Shown piece by piece: positions 17,664-30,325 of a stretch of 64,000 nucleotides of DNA. The notes under the pieces are model-generated. The model was not told where the DNA came from. It saw nothing but the letters and a program-made list of their open reading frames with translations, and did not search any database. Source of the DNA: Eledone cirrhosa (taxonomy: Eukaryota); contig OZ024742.1 in assembly GCA_964016885.1 (NCBI GenBank), positions 339,202,001 to 339,266,000 on the forward strand, written 5' to 3'. Each line of letters begins with the position of its first letter. Position 1 is the stretch's first letter. The position numbers and the translations under genes were made by a program.

Positions 17664-20600
17664 ATGGCCAATATAAGAGTTGGATGTGTGAACGTACGCG
17701 GCCTGGGGATGCCCTGGAAACAGGGCAAACTCTTAAACGACCTCAGGTCGCACAGTATGGATGTGGTAGCCATTTGCGAGTCCAGGATCCACGGCGAGCG
17801 ACAGCTGGCCCCCATCTTCGATGACTTTGAGATCTACGCATCTCTCTGTCAACCGGGGGGTGGGGGCGGAGTTGCCGTTTTGCTGCGGAAACACCTGGGC
17901 CTCGTAACACAGACTGTACATCTGGACCCGGAGGGTCGACTGGTGGTCCTAGACGTTGACGGTAGTGAAGGTGGAGCCTTCAGGCTGGTGGCCGCATATG
18001 CCCCATCCGGGACACCGCGGCCAGACTTCTTCAAACGTCTAGAGACTTTTCTGGGAACGTCCCGCTCCTTGCTTTTAGTGGGGGACTGGAATGGAATCCT
18101 CGATGCACGTTGGGACTATGTGGGAGCATGTCCCGATAAAGGGGGGTGTAACAGCCTCAAACAGTTAATCGACCGATTTGACCTGGCCGATAGATATCGA
18201 CTAGATTTTCCGACTGCGCCACTGTGGACGTGGAGTAATCGTAGCGGAACATCTAGATCGTACCTAGATAGGGTTCTAGTTAGAAATAAGGATAGGGACA
18301 TGTTAAGCTGTCCACAAATGTTCATGGTTGCCTATTCAGATCACAAACTAGTGACCTGCATGGCCAACCTTGATAGAACCCAGAGACAAGGACCCGGCTA
18401 CTGGAAGCTGAACTTGTCGTTACCGACAAGCAAAGCCTACAGTAGACGGATTAGCACTTTAGTTAAACAGCACTTGACAGGGGCCATTGTCAACAACAGA
18501 TGGTGGTACTCTCTCAAGAGGGCAGTTAGATTAGACTCGATAGTTTTTAGTAAAGAATTAGCGTTAGATAGAAATAGAACCGAGAAGGAACTGGTAGATA
18601 AAGTAGAAGAGGCAATTAGAAGTGGCAACGTAGCCAGCGTGCTAGCAACGAGAACGGCCTTGGACCAGTTCTTCGACGCAAAGCACGAGGGCTGCGTTGT
18701 CAGAAGCAAAATACGTGCTCTGGGAAACGAGGGAGCCAAAGCTGTTAGCTGGGCCCGAGTGACGGAGGCAAAAAGTGGCAACAAGTCCACGATTCGGTCT
18801 GTGAAGGACCAAAACGGACGCGTGATACCTGAACCGAAGCAGATGTGTGCGGCTTTTCAGCGGCACTTTGCTCGGCTGTTCGCGGGGAGCGGCGTGCCGG
18901 GAGAGGCTATGGATTTCGGTCCATACCTCGACGGCCTACCGCGACTCTGGGACAGCGAGGCGAAGTTCTGCGAAAAGCCGATTTCAGCCACTGAGATAGG
19001 GGACGCGCTGAGCCAATGCAGCAAACGCAAATCTCCAGGTCTCGACGGTCTACCCTATGAATTTTACGTAGCAATGCCGGACTTATTCTCCGGTCTCCTG
19101 GAAGCGGTCTACTGCAACTGGCAACAGAACGGGAGAATTCCCAGTTCTGTAACCGGGGGCGTGGTCACACTAATCAGGAAGGACGAGAATAAGGGGGATG
19201 ACATAGGCAACTTCCGGCCCATAACTCTGCTAAACACAGAGTTACAGATTTTGGCCAAGGTGTTGGCAAAGAGGCTGGCGCTTGTCGTCGAGAACCTGGT
19301 GGGAGAAGCGCAGACATGCGCAATCCCGACCAGGTCCATACACGACAACCTCCACCTCATGCGATACATCATAGAGAGGGTAGGGTGTAAACCCGGCTTC
19401 GGTGGGCCCCTGATCAACTTGGATCAGTCTAAGGCTTTCGATAGGGTTGACCATCGTTACCTGGATGCGGGTAACGATGGTCAACATCCCTTCTGTACGT
19501 ACTGACTCTCGAGCCACTACTGCGGAAGCTGGAGCTATTGCAGGGCATCCCTCTGGAACCGGGACTGCGGAAAGCGGCGTCGGCCTACGCCGACGACGTG
19601 ACAGTAAGGGTGTCGAGCGCCTCGCAAATCGAGGAAGTCGGCACCTTACTGAAGGAATACGAAAGTCTCACAGGAGCGAAGCTGAACCGGGACAAGTCCA
19701 TCGGTTTGCAACTCGGATCGTGGAGAGGCAGACCGATGCCTTCCGATGGCGTCGTCGGACGCTGGACGGAAGGACCGGTAAAGCTGCTCGGGGTCTGGTT
19801 TGGTCCGGACCTCCAGGTGGAGAAGAACTGGAACGAAGTGACGGCCAAGGTGTTTGCACTCACCCAGAAGTGGGCCGAGTGCAAACTATCCTTGAAAGGT
19901 CGAGCGGAGGTGGCGAACACTTTTATAGCGTCCGCCATCTACTACCGCTTGACCGTCGTGCCTTGTCCAGCCAAAACGCTCGCCAAAATGGAGCGCGCGC
20001 TCTTCCGATTCCTTTGGAAGAGGCGGGCTCCTTTGGTGAGAAGATCCATCTGCTGCCAACACCCTTCTAACGGAGGGCTGGGGATGCCGTCGTTGACGAT
20101 GCGCAAACACGCGCTCAGGCTGCGGCATCTCTACATATTCCTTACCGGACAACCGGTGTGGGCCCCGTTCGTGAGGCGAGCCTTCCCACGACTCGTCTCG
20201 CTGACCGAGCTGCAGTCCTGGGTCAAGCAAAGACCGAGGAAAATGGGCGACTGGCACATCGAATGTGCTCAGGCGCTCACAGCCCTCTGGCAGGCGGACC
20301 CGGCGATCAGTGGAGACTCCACTTCGTCATTCTATAGAGGGTTAGTCCGCAGCAAGTGCGAAGACGCGCTCGGTGAAACTCTAGGCGTAGAGGAAGATGA
20401 ACTGGCCAGTCTGTTCGGTAGGACCTTCCGCCCGGGACCGATGGACAACTTCCAAAAGTCCCTGGCCTGGCAGTGCTACCGAGGAGCTCTACCAGTTCGA
20501 GACAAGCTCTACAGACATGGGCGCCCGGGCAGGGACCCTGCAAAAAAGATCTGTCCGAGGTGCGTGCGAGACGAAGAAACCGTCGCGCACGCATTCATAC

Positions 20601-20968
20601 ACTGCCCGGGCGTCACTGACCTGTGGGGCTATGTAGAACGACTATTGTCGCGGGTGGGACCAGTCCAGTTGACCACCGAGTCCATTGTCATGATCAAACC
20701 GCCACCCTCCTTCAAAAACGAAGGAGAGGCGGTTTTCCTTTGTGTGATAGCTATGGCGAAAGAGGTTGTATGGTGGACAAGGTTGAAAGGGCTGAGGTCA
20801 GACACCTTTCTCTCCGGCCAACAACTGATTCTTTTTTTCAAATACCACTTTGGAAGAAGAATCAGGATGGAGAAAGAGGTGCTGTACCCCAGCAAGTTTT
20901 ATGAAAGGTGGGTGAAAGTGGAGAGAATGGCCCGAGTGAATGGGCCTTCTCTCTATGTCAGCCTGTAG
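17664..20968 (+). pseudogene. LINE ORF2 (APE-RT-zinc finger) with a deletion in the RT core
   Basis: Complete APE (NVRGL, GDWN, SYLDR, SDH). RT runs to DQSKAFDRV, lacks the QGCPLS block near 19470, then continues AYADDV to CPRC..HAFIHC. Confidence 0.95.
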
Positions 20969-21711
20969 GTTGAGGAAAAGGAGGAGGAGAGGAAGGGAGT
21001 ACAAACTCTTCGTACTCCTGGAGATGAGGGTTGCACATTTTTTTCGGGGGTATATGTTACCCATATAAACTGTCTCCCTCTATTGGGAAAAATCGACTAA
21101 CTTTTTAAATTCCATCTGTGATAACATTTTACACGTTTTTATTGTATGTAAACTTCCCCCTTTGTATTTGTCCCCTTCTTTTGTGCCCCTGTGGCTAATA
21201 AAGAAATATATCTATCTATTTACATATATTATCTCTGTGCATTTTACTATAGACAGGCCGCGATCAGAGGAGTCGGTTGTTTAGCGGAGGTGTGTTCTAA
21301 TTATAGACCATTTGATTGTAATGTATATGTATATATATATAGATATATATATGCATATACATACGTACACCATATTCGTGCGCGCGCGCACACATACACA
21401 CATATATATATATATACATACACACGTATATATACATATACATACACACGTACATACCTACATACATATGCAGATACACACAAACATATATATATAAGGA
21501 GAGAAAGGAAGTCAGAGAGAGAGAAAGAGGGGGAGGGGTGAGAGAGAGAGGGGAGAATATGTTATATACTGGCGTCTGTATCAATTGAAACCCACGGAAC
21601 AGGGAGAAGATCCCGAGAAACTGAAATATTAGGGATTAATGTTTTATTAGGAAGCTTTTCGTCCTTTACTTTTGAAGATTGCCTGATTTTACTACGGGGA
21701 TCAATGCTGCA

Positions 21712-22321
21712 TACTCTCGGGTCTCCAATAATCGTCCCCACCCCACGCTTATTAAATTTTGCTAAACTATCTCCGGCGAAATTTGATTTCAATTTTCTTT
21801 AGACATTAAAAACATTTAACATGATAAAAAAGTACATTACTAGAAATCGTATATGTTATAAAATAAATAGGATGGGTTGGGGTCTCAATATGTAAACTAA
21901 ACGATTAATTCTGGTTTTATAAAAAAATCAAGGAGACAACCTAGAAAAATTACCGATTTTCCACCCCCGACGCCACTTATTCCAACTCCCCTTTTATTCC
22001 ACCCCACTTATCCCCCCACTTATTCCGACCCCCCCCCACTTATTCTACCCCTCTTATTCCGACCCCTTGCTTTTCTAACTTATCCACTTATTCAAATCCT
22101 CCACTTATTCCCCCCCCCTGCTTATTCCAATCCCTGCCGATTATCCCACCCCCTCCGCCTATTCCATCCCCCTCCTATCCCACCCCCACCTATTCCATCC
22201 CACTTATTCCACCCCCCTCTTATTTCACCCCCCCACTTATCCTACCCTCCACTTCTTCCAAGCCCCCGCTTATTCCAACTCCCTCAGTAACCCCCCCCCC
22301 ATTATTTGGGACACGAAAGTA
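21712..22321. mobile_element. MITE-like element (Tc1/mariner/pogo-type) with an internal C-rich minisatellite
   Basis: Termini TACTCTCGGGTCTCCAATAAT and ATTATTTGGGACACGAAAGTA are inverted. Degenerate CCCACTTATTCC repeats at ~21960-22280. Confidence 0.7.
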
Positions 22322-22416
22322 GGGCCCAGAATAACTAAAGAAGGAGAACTGCCTTTGTTATATTTCCACACACCGTCGTATCGTCGTTATAGCAACAACG
22401 ATTATTATAAAAACTA

Positions 22417-22607
22417 TAATTGTTTCTACTTTAGGCACAAGGCCACCAATTATCCCACTGTATTACTGGTACTTTATTTTATCGACCCCGTAAGGATGAA
22501 AGGCAAAGTTAACCTCGGCGGGATTTGAACTCAGATCATAAAGGGCCGTAACTCTATGCGGTAAAGCATGGCGTCCGACCCTCTACCGATGCTGCCAATC
22601 CACCGCC
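22417..22607 (-). mobile_element. tRNA-derived SINE (Octopus-like, Meta-domain-like core)
   Basis: A box TGGCAGCATCGGT, B box GAGTTCAAATCCC, core CCTTTCATCCTTACGGGGTCGATAAAATAAAGTACCAG, AT-rich tail. Confidence 0.9.
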
Positions 22608-23403
22608 GTATAAACACTTTAATGAACGTACATAGACTTATAATTGCAAATATACTTCAGCTGTAGAAGTATCCTCCACCACCAACTTACTTACCTTCCA
22701 GCTCTGGGCCCCGGCCGACAGCGAGAGAGAATGCGTTGCCCTGGGTGACGGCAAGTGAAACGCGCTGGAACAGCCACTCCACCTCGTGGGACTGGCACCT
22801 ACGGGCGGCTAACTCCTCCACCCCCGATACCCGATTCCCTACAACTTTCTACTAGTAACCGAAGTAAAAATATATTCTTTAGTATTGTTATAACAGAGAG
22901 TAAATGCATATAGGATGTAGATGAGTGTGTGTCTGTGAAACATACATATACACCAGGTTAGAACACAAAGGAACCAAACTCTCACCGTCACTGCCTCCGG
23001 TCTCTCTCGCTCTCACCATCTCTCACTATTACGAGAAAATGGGGGCCCACGCCCCGGCAGATAGAATAGAGAAGGCATTTCCCCGGAGAGGGAGACGCGT
23101 TGGAACTCCAGATTGAGCGGCCAACTCCACCCCGATACCCCACTACTTTCTACTAGTAACCGAAGTAAAAATCTATTCTCTAGTATTGTTATAACTGTAG
23201 TAACGGTGATTGTTGCCGCTGTTAGTTTCTCTTTCTCTCGAAAGTTCTACATTTCTCTGGATGTAATAATGTCTTCTAATTAATTATTATCCATCAATAC
23301 AACTTCCGATTTTAATGGAGGTTGCTGAGATTACCAAGTTTTATAGGCAGCTGACGTTAATTGACGTCATGGTCGCTTCTGCATGGTTGTTATATCATCA
23401 TCA

Positions 23404-23860
23404 GGGGTGGTGGATTGGCAGTATCGGTAGAGGGTCGGATGCCATGCTTTGACGCATAGAGTTACGGCCCTTGCCATTCTGAGTTCAAATCCCGTCGAGG
23501 TTAACTTTGCCTTTCATCCTTACGAGGTCTATAAAATAAAGTACCAGTAATGCACTGGGTAATTGCTGGCCTTGTGCCTAAAGTAGAAACAATTATTATT
23601 ATATCATCATCATCATTATCATCATCATCATCATCATTATTATTAAGGCGGCAGATTGACTGTATCGGTAGAGCGTTGGACAACATGCTGTATAGCATAA
23701 AGTTAGGCCCTTTACGTTCTGAGTTCAAATCTCGCCGAGGTTAGCTTTGCTTTTCATCCTTATGGGGTTGATAAAATAAAGTACCTGTAAGTACTGGGGC
23801 CTATTTAATAGACTTTCCCCTCCCCTTCAAATTGTGGGCCTTGTGCCTAAAGTAGAAACA
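23404..23860 (+). mobile_element. Two tandem SINE copies (23404-23602, 23647-23860)
   Basis: Same head, core and tail, separated by (ATC/ATT)n. Confidence 0.9.
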
Positions 23861-24528
23861 AGGCGTCGACGAGAATGAACTAGCCAGTCTTTGCTGGAGG
23901 ACTTCCGAGCCGGGGACTATTGTCAATTTCCAGAGCAACGAAACCATTTTTCACGCACTCGTCCAGTGTATTTCTGACTTGTGGAGTTATGTCGAACAAC
24001 TATTGTCGCGTGTAGGACGGATCCGGCTATCGATCGAGTCCATAGTAAAGATCGCCCCGTCGCCTTCTTTTGACCTGGAAGAGCAGGCAGTTTTTCTCTG
24101 TCTGATAGCTGTAGCAAAAGATGTATGGTGGACGCGACTCAAAGGTCTGAAGACAGACACTTTCCTCATCAGTCACGCCCTCGTCAACTTTTTCTAGTTC
24201 CACTTGGAAAGGAAGATAAGGGTGGAGAGAGAAATGCTGCCCCCCACCGAACATTTTTTGAAAGGTAGGTGATTGTTGCGAGAATGGCCCACTCTGAGCA
24301 TGCGCCTGTAGGCTGGAAAGATGGAAGGAGAGAGGAGCGTCCTCCTAGGGTGCTCATGGGGATGAAGGTGGGTTGAGATTTGTGGGGTACCTAACTCACC
24401 CCTGGGTGGTTTCCCCACTATTGGGAATTCTGTTGTTGATATATATATTTTTTTCTTTATTTGTTTTGTTAATTTTTTTACTCGATTGCATGTAAAACCC
24501 CACTGTCCCCATCTTTGTATTGTCCTCT
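23861..24528 (+). mobile_element. Decayed 3' fragment of a third Tx1-like subfamily
   Basis: LWSYVEQLLSRVGRIRL..AVFLCLIAVAKDVWWTRLKGL matches the ORF2 C-terminus of A and B, followed by a related 3' UTR. Confidence 0.88.
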
Positions 24529-24531
24529 ATG

Positions 24532-24745
24532 TTCGGCAGTATTGGTAGAGCGTCAGACACCATGCCTTGCATCATAGAGTTATGGTCCTTTACCTTCTGA
24601 GTTCAAATCCCGTCGAAGTAAGCTTTGCCTTTCATCCTTACGGGGTCGATAAAATAAAGTACCAGTAATGCACTGAGGTCGATTTAATCGACTTCCCCCT
24701 GCCCCAAAATTGTTGGCCTTGTGCCTAAATCAGAAACTATTATTG
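24532..24745 (+). mobile_element. SINE
   Basis: Same family as 22417-22607. Confidence 0.9.
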
Positions 24746-24842
24746 CAGTTAATTCTTCGCTATAGAAGTGGTCAAAAGAATAAAGAGAAGCCATGACAGT
24801 AGTCATTTTACGTATCTGTGTGTATTTCTAAATACTTGTATC

Positions 24843-25025
24843 TAGGGTTGTTCTATCGACGGGGTACTAAACAACCCCATTTGTGGCGCCTCCCCCCTAT
24901 TGGGGATTTCGATTGTTATATTTGTTTGTTTCAATATTTTTACACGACTGTATGTAAAATCCCGGGTATGTGTCCTTGTATAGTCCCCTTTTCTTGTGCG
25001 CCCTTGTGGCAAATAAAGAAATTTA
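24843..25025 (+). mobile_element. Short 3'-UTR fragment of a related Tx1-like LINE
   Basis: CCCCCTATTGGGGA, TGTATGTAAA, TGTATAGTCCCCTT, AAATAAAGAAAT, then (CTAC/CTAT)n. Confidence 0.75.
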
Positions 25026-25103
25026 TCTACCTACCTACCTACCTACCCACCTATATATCTATGTATCGATCTACCTACCTATCTATCTATACATACACAC
25101 ACA

Positions 25104-25140
<37 letters not shown>

Positions 25141-25374
25141 TGTATATATATATGAAACCGTACAATGCACATTTGTTACATAATATCATGATAAATTTTA
25201 AATACGACATTGTGTAAAATATATGTCTGTTATCTTGTGTGTAGAAAGAAAATATTATATGTGCATTGTATAGGTTATATATATACAGTCGATCGACTTT
25301 TCATCAAATCGGACCGAGGAAACATTGTTTCCATTGGTCTTTCCAATTGCTAGTACTATCTATCAGTCGCAACT

Positions 25375-25467
25375 CCAGTTAGAATGAGCAAGAAATAAAG
25401 TGTCTTGCTCAAGGACATAACGCATCGCCTGGTCCGGGAATCGAACTCACAACTTCACGATTGTGAA
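25375..25467 (-). mobile_element. Fragment of a second tRNA-derived SINE family
   Basis: Reverse complement has GAGTTCGATTCCC and TGTCCTTGAGCAAGACACTT. Related to 55165-55295. Confidence 0.7.
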
Positions 25468-25468
25468 T

Positions 25469-25550
<82 letters not shown>

Positions 25551-25557
25551 CATATAT

Positions 25558-25679
<122 letters not shown>

Positions 25680-26506
25680 AACGTAAAATAAGAAAATTAT
25701 AGTAATTACCTTACTTACTTAAATTCCACTCCAACTAAATAGTTTCTGAAAGGGAATATACATAGTCTCCAAATGGAGATCATGGAGAAACCTTTTCTTA
25801 ATCAGGGAGTCATTCTCAGCTAAGATACCTGGCGATGCGCGGTCACAGGGAACTTATGCAAAAATAATTCAGTGGATGGAAAAGAGCAAGCGGGGACTAA
25901 ATTCCAAGACACTGAAAAAATCACTGCCTTCTTGGTCGGTGACAAATTCAAAAGAATCAATCACGTGACATCGAGGTTAATCAGTGAGGAGCTAATTACG
26001 AAAATTTAATGAAAACTTGTTCACGTGACAGCCATAATTTCATTTATAACCAATCAAATTACGTTTATTAAAAAAAGCCTTCGTAAGCCCCTTTTTTTAA
26101 AGTAAAAAGAAATTCAAATACTCATATATGAAAAAACAACCTGTACCCCCCCCCCCCCCCCCTTGTTTGAAGAACTTTGTAACGCGAACAGGCGCGAAAT
26201 TTATTATAATTATTGACCAACCAATCAAATTACTTCTCTAAAAACTTGGCATTTCGAGCCACTTTTTTCCATATAAAACAAGTAACATTCAGAGACCAAC
26301 CAGATGTGAGAAAAACCACAGACCCTCCATCTCAACTCTACTTTTAAAAAGCAGAAGAACTGCGAAACCGGTAAAAGAACCAAAGAAATATATATATTTT
26401 TTTTAAAATAAGACTCCAGTTGCATTTTCAATTTCATCTTTTTTCTTTATACTTTCACTCATGTAGGACACCTCGGTTATTTTTCATTTTGTAAAAAAAA
26501 CCTCAC

Positions 26507-26582
<76 letters not shown>

Positions 26583-26982
26583 GATAAAGTATGTCCATAG
26601 AATCATTTGATAATATATATACACCATTTCCTCTCCCAATTAGCATAATTAACCACACAAAAAATCAATTAGACAAGGCTATAAGATTAAAAGGCACCTA
26701 TGAAGAAATAGTAGATAAATAAACGACAGCAATCTCTTCGCGGCCAACCGCCATAGAACATTTATCCAACATTTCAACAGCACGTGGAAATCGATTAAAT
26801 ATACCGTCAACCATACACAATTAGGTATAAAATTAAAGTTAGAAGAAATGAATATACACCTACTAGGAATATGTTTCTACCCTCTATCAGAAAATGTGTG
26901 TTGAAACCGATTTTGTTATAAATTGGAGTGAAAGCAAATGGTGCGTGTGTTTCTTATTGGCAACATAACCCTCCCAAAGTAT

Positions 26983-27010
<28 letters not shown>

Positions 27011-27013
<3 letters not shown>

Positions 27014-27114
27014 GGAAGGAGTAGGACCCCAATGGGGTCCTACTCGTTCCTATTACCCACTCTACTACCCTAAGTATTGAGTACTTTGGTGCGTTATGGT
27101 CCACATTTCCTTCG

Positions 27115-27117
<3 letters not shown>
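27011..27117 (+). repeat. Family X, short fold-back copy
   Basis: ATAGGAAGGAGTAGGACCCCA / TGGGGTCCTACTCGTTCCTAT plus the shared tail. Confidence 0.85.
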
Positions 27118-27153
<36 letters not shown>

Positions 27154-27193
27154 TGTGTGTGTGTGTAAGTATGTGTTTGTGTGAACGTATATT

Positions 27194-27238
<45 letters not shown>

Positions 27239-27334
27239 GTGTATACATATATGTAGATAAGAATACACACACACACACACAAACAGACACACACAGACAC
27301 ACACAGACCCGCCCATACACCCCCATATATATAT

Positions 27335-28250
27335 ATAAAAACCGCTACAGAAATTGCAACTGCCGCGACAGAGGACGCTGCCCCCTTAGAGGATACTGCT
27401 TGACTGATAGGGTTATATATAGATGCACTGAAACTAGCCACAATAGCGTTAAACATTATATAAGGGCTACCTCCGGCCCGTTCAAAATTAGGTTTCGAAC
27501 ACATCTCCACTCTTTCACAAATAAAAAACTAAGACACTCCACTTCGCTCGCGGACTACATCACATCACTAAAGGACTTAAACATCAGCTTCTCCACGCAC
27601 TGGGATATTGTCGGCAGGGCTGCACCGTACAACTTCAAGAGGAAATGCGATCTTTGCCTCATGGAGCTCTACCACATCATAACTGCACCCCACGAGCTCA
27701 TCAACAGCAGAGCTGAAACAGCGATAAGTTGTACACATCGCTTAAAAATATCCTTCTTCAGATGGGTTAAGGATCAGGAGTGAAACCGCGCACCGGATCT
27801 CGCTGCAACAACTTTTAACACCCCAGCGTGCAGGCGCTGCAAAATAACACCCAGGAAACTAACCTTGCATACCAGACCCAGACTCAAACAACCCAGACAA
27901 ACAGATGCGGAAAAACAAATGTCTCAAAATAAGTGTTGGTTACATGACCCTGTGCGTATCAACAATAGTAAGGTTGTAACCTTATCTTGTAATGGATAAA
28001 AATTCGTCCGGGAAAGACTGCCCTAACACCAGCCAGAGTTACCTCCCTTGACCTGCTGCAAAATCAAAACAAGCTATTTTTGCGAGCAATGAACCTTGAC
28101 GTGAATTTAACCCCAAAAACTCTTTCCGAGCAATGTAAGGAACACTTTTGCTTATTTATGCCCTTGAGAAGCCCAACTGGGCGAAACGTACGTATGTAGT
28201 GTTTTAAATAAACATGTTTTAACGGTCTATTCGATTTCTTACTTTTCCAC
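27335..28250 (+). mobile_element. 5'-truncated Penelope-like element (GIY-YIG end plus 3' UTR)
   Basis: RNCNCR..CPLRGYCL..VIYRC..HYIRATSGPFKIRF..H..SF..CDLCLME..C.H to the stop at 27783. HHR at 28164, AATAAA at 28207. Confidence 0.88.
28158..28198 (+). ncRNA. Hammerhead motif, U3:A8 core variant, stem I decayed
   Basis: TTGAGAA gccc-aact-gggc GAAA cgtacg TA. Confidence 0.6.
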
Positions 28251-28269
28251 GTATATATATATATATATA

Positions 28270-28510
28270 GTAATAATTGTTTCTACTTTTTGGCACAAGG
28301 CCAGCAATTACCCAGTACATTACTGGATGAAAGGCAAAGTTAACCTCGGCGGGATTTGAACTCAGATCGTTAAGGGACGTAACTATGCTGGAAAGCATTG
28401 TGTCTGACCCTCTACCGATACTGCCAATCCACCTTATATATATAGTAATAATTGTCTCTACATTAGGCACAAGGCCAGAAATTACCCAGTGCATTACTGG
28501 TACTTTATTT
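28270..28510 (-). mobile_element. SINE (28270-28433) plus a SINE 3' fragment (28445-28510)
   Basis: Same family as 22417-22607. Confidence 0.88.
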
Positions 28511-28951
28511 ATAGTAATAATAAAATATATAGTAATAATAATAACAAATGTGAAGACTAAATTCCAAAGCGGCCTCGATAAGGATAAATATATATCAGAG
28601 AACCCTAGTGCAAATATATATATATATACAATGATAATACCACTTCTACTTATATATATATATATATATATATATGCAAAAATTTTATTTAAAATTGTTG
28701 GGTTACAACGAGTAAATATTTTATAACTGATATAAATGCACTCAACAGATTTTGGAGTATTTTACGATATTAAACAAATGGAAACTACATTTATAAAACC
28801 ATATTTATTTCATTATATATATTTCAGGGATATCATATTAAAAATATGGTATGCCCTCTTCAGACAAAATACAATATATAAACAGTTTTATAAATAAATT
28901 TGACATACCTTAAAAAATTTTACAACTTCCATTTAAAAAGTTGTTATGGTA

Positions 28952-29001
<50 letters not shown>

Positions 29002-29228
29002 GACATATATATATATACATACATACATAGATATACATATATGTGTACAGAAGACAAACAACTGAAAATATGTTTCAATTTTAATTTAAACCTTCTGCAT
29101 TAAATTATAAAATGAGTCGTTACCAAAATGGCAATCTGTTGGTATGGTAACTGTGATGATTTAAATAATCGATTGTTTCTTAAATTTCCTCTTTTCCGGT
29201 CAGTTGCCGCGTTAAAATGAATAATTAG

Positions 29229-29288
<60 letters not shown>

Positions 29289-29323
29289 TATGTACACATT
29301 CACACCGACTCTCTCTCTCCCTT

Positions 29324-29394
<71 letters not shown>

Positions 29395-29429
29395 TATGTA
29401 CACATTCACACCGACTCTCTCTCTCCCTT

Positions 29430-29587
<158 letters not shown>

Positions 29588-29827
29588 TATATATACATGC
29601 TAATTCTATTTATGTGTTAGGCTTATGTAAAGAATAATTATATATATTTCATCCAGCCTTTGATACTGTCTGAATCATGGTTCGCTTTGAAAGCGTTCCG
29701 ATGAAAAAAGCTTTTCTAATACGTTTTTAATTTCAATTGTATTTAAGTAGATAATTGTATTTTGTATGGTGTGTTTTGGCTACTTGAATCTTGTTATATT
29801 TTCTATTAGACAGGGTTGTATAGGAAC

Positions 29828-29922
<95 letters not shown>

Positions 29923-30136
29923 AAAAGATGAACTCGAAAATGCAACTGGAGTCATTTTAAGAATATTCATTTGTATCTTTTACCGGTTTCACAGTTCTTA
30001 TGCTTTTCAAATAAATATTCTTAAAAAAAGTCCAGTTGCATTTTCGATTTCATCTTTTTTCCTTATACTTTCACTCGTGTAGGACATCTCGTTTTTTTTC
30101 ATTTAAAAGAACCCACTCTTTTTCTTATATATATAC

Positions 30137-30247
<111 letters not shown>

Positions 30248-30325
30248 ACTACAATAAAACTCACCTCCTACATTAACTTGCTCCTTAACGGTTGAGCACT
30301 AACTCTCATATTGGATATCTTTTGA

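Larger units (their letters stand above)
15503..21209 (+). mobile_element. Tx1/L1-clade LINE, subfamily B (defective)
   Basis: Same architecture as subfamily A but diverged. Starts directly after (TATC)n and ends AATAAAGAAATATATCTATCTA. Confidence 0.95.

Noticed and set aside
17620-17666. ORF1-ORF2 fusion by readthrough or a mini-intron (33-nt in-frame spacer in A and B; GTGAGT..TTTTCAG in B)
   Set aside because: B has an in-frame TAA in the spacer, the 34-nt splice would be out of frame, and A lacks the acceptor.
11286-20895. Long antisense and alternative-frame ORFs over the LINEs (also 35979-40720)
   Set aside because: Shadow frames with no recognisable motifs.
27181-27335. N-terminal part of the 200-aa ORF
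   Set aside because: Microsatellite sequence in frame with the GIY-YIG fragment by chance.
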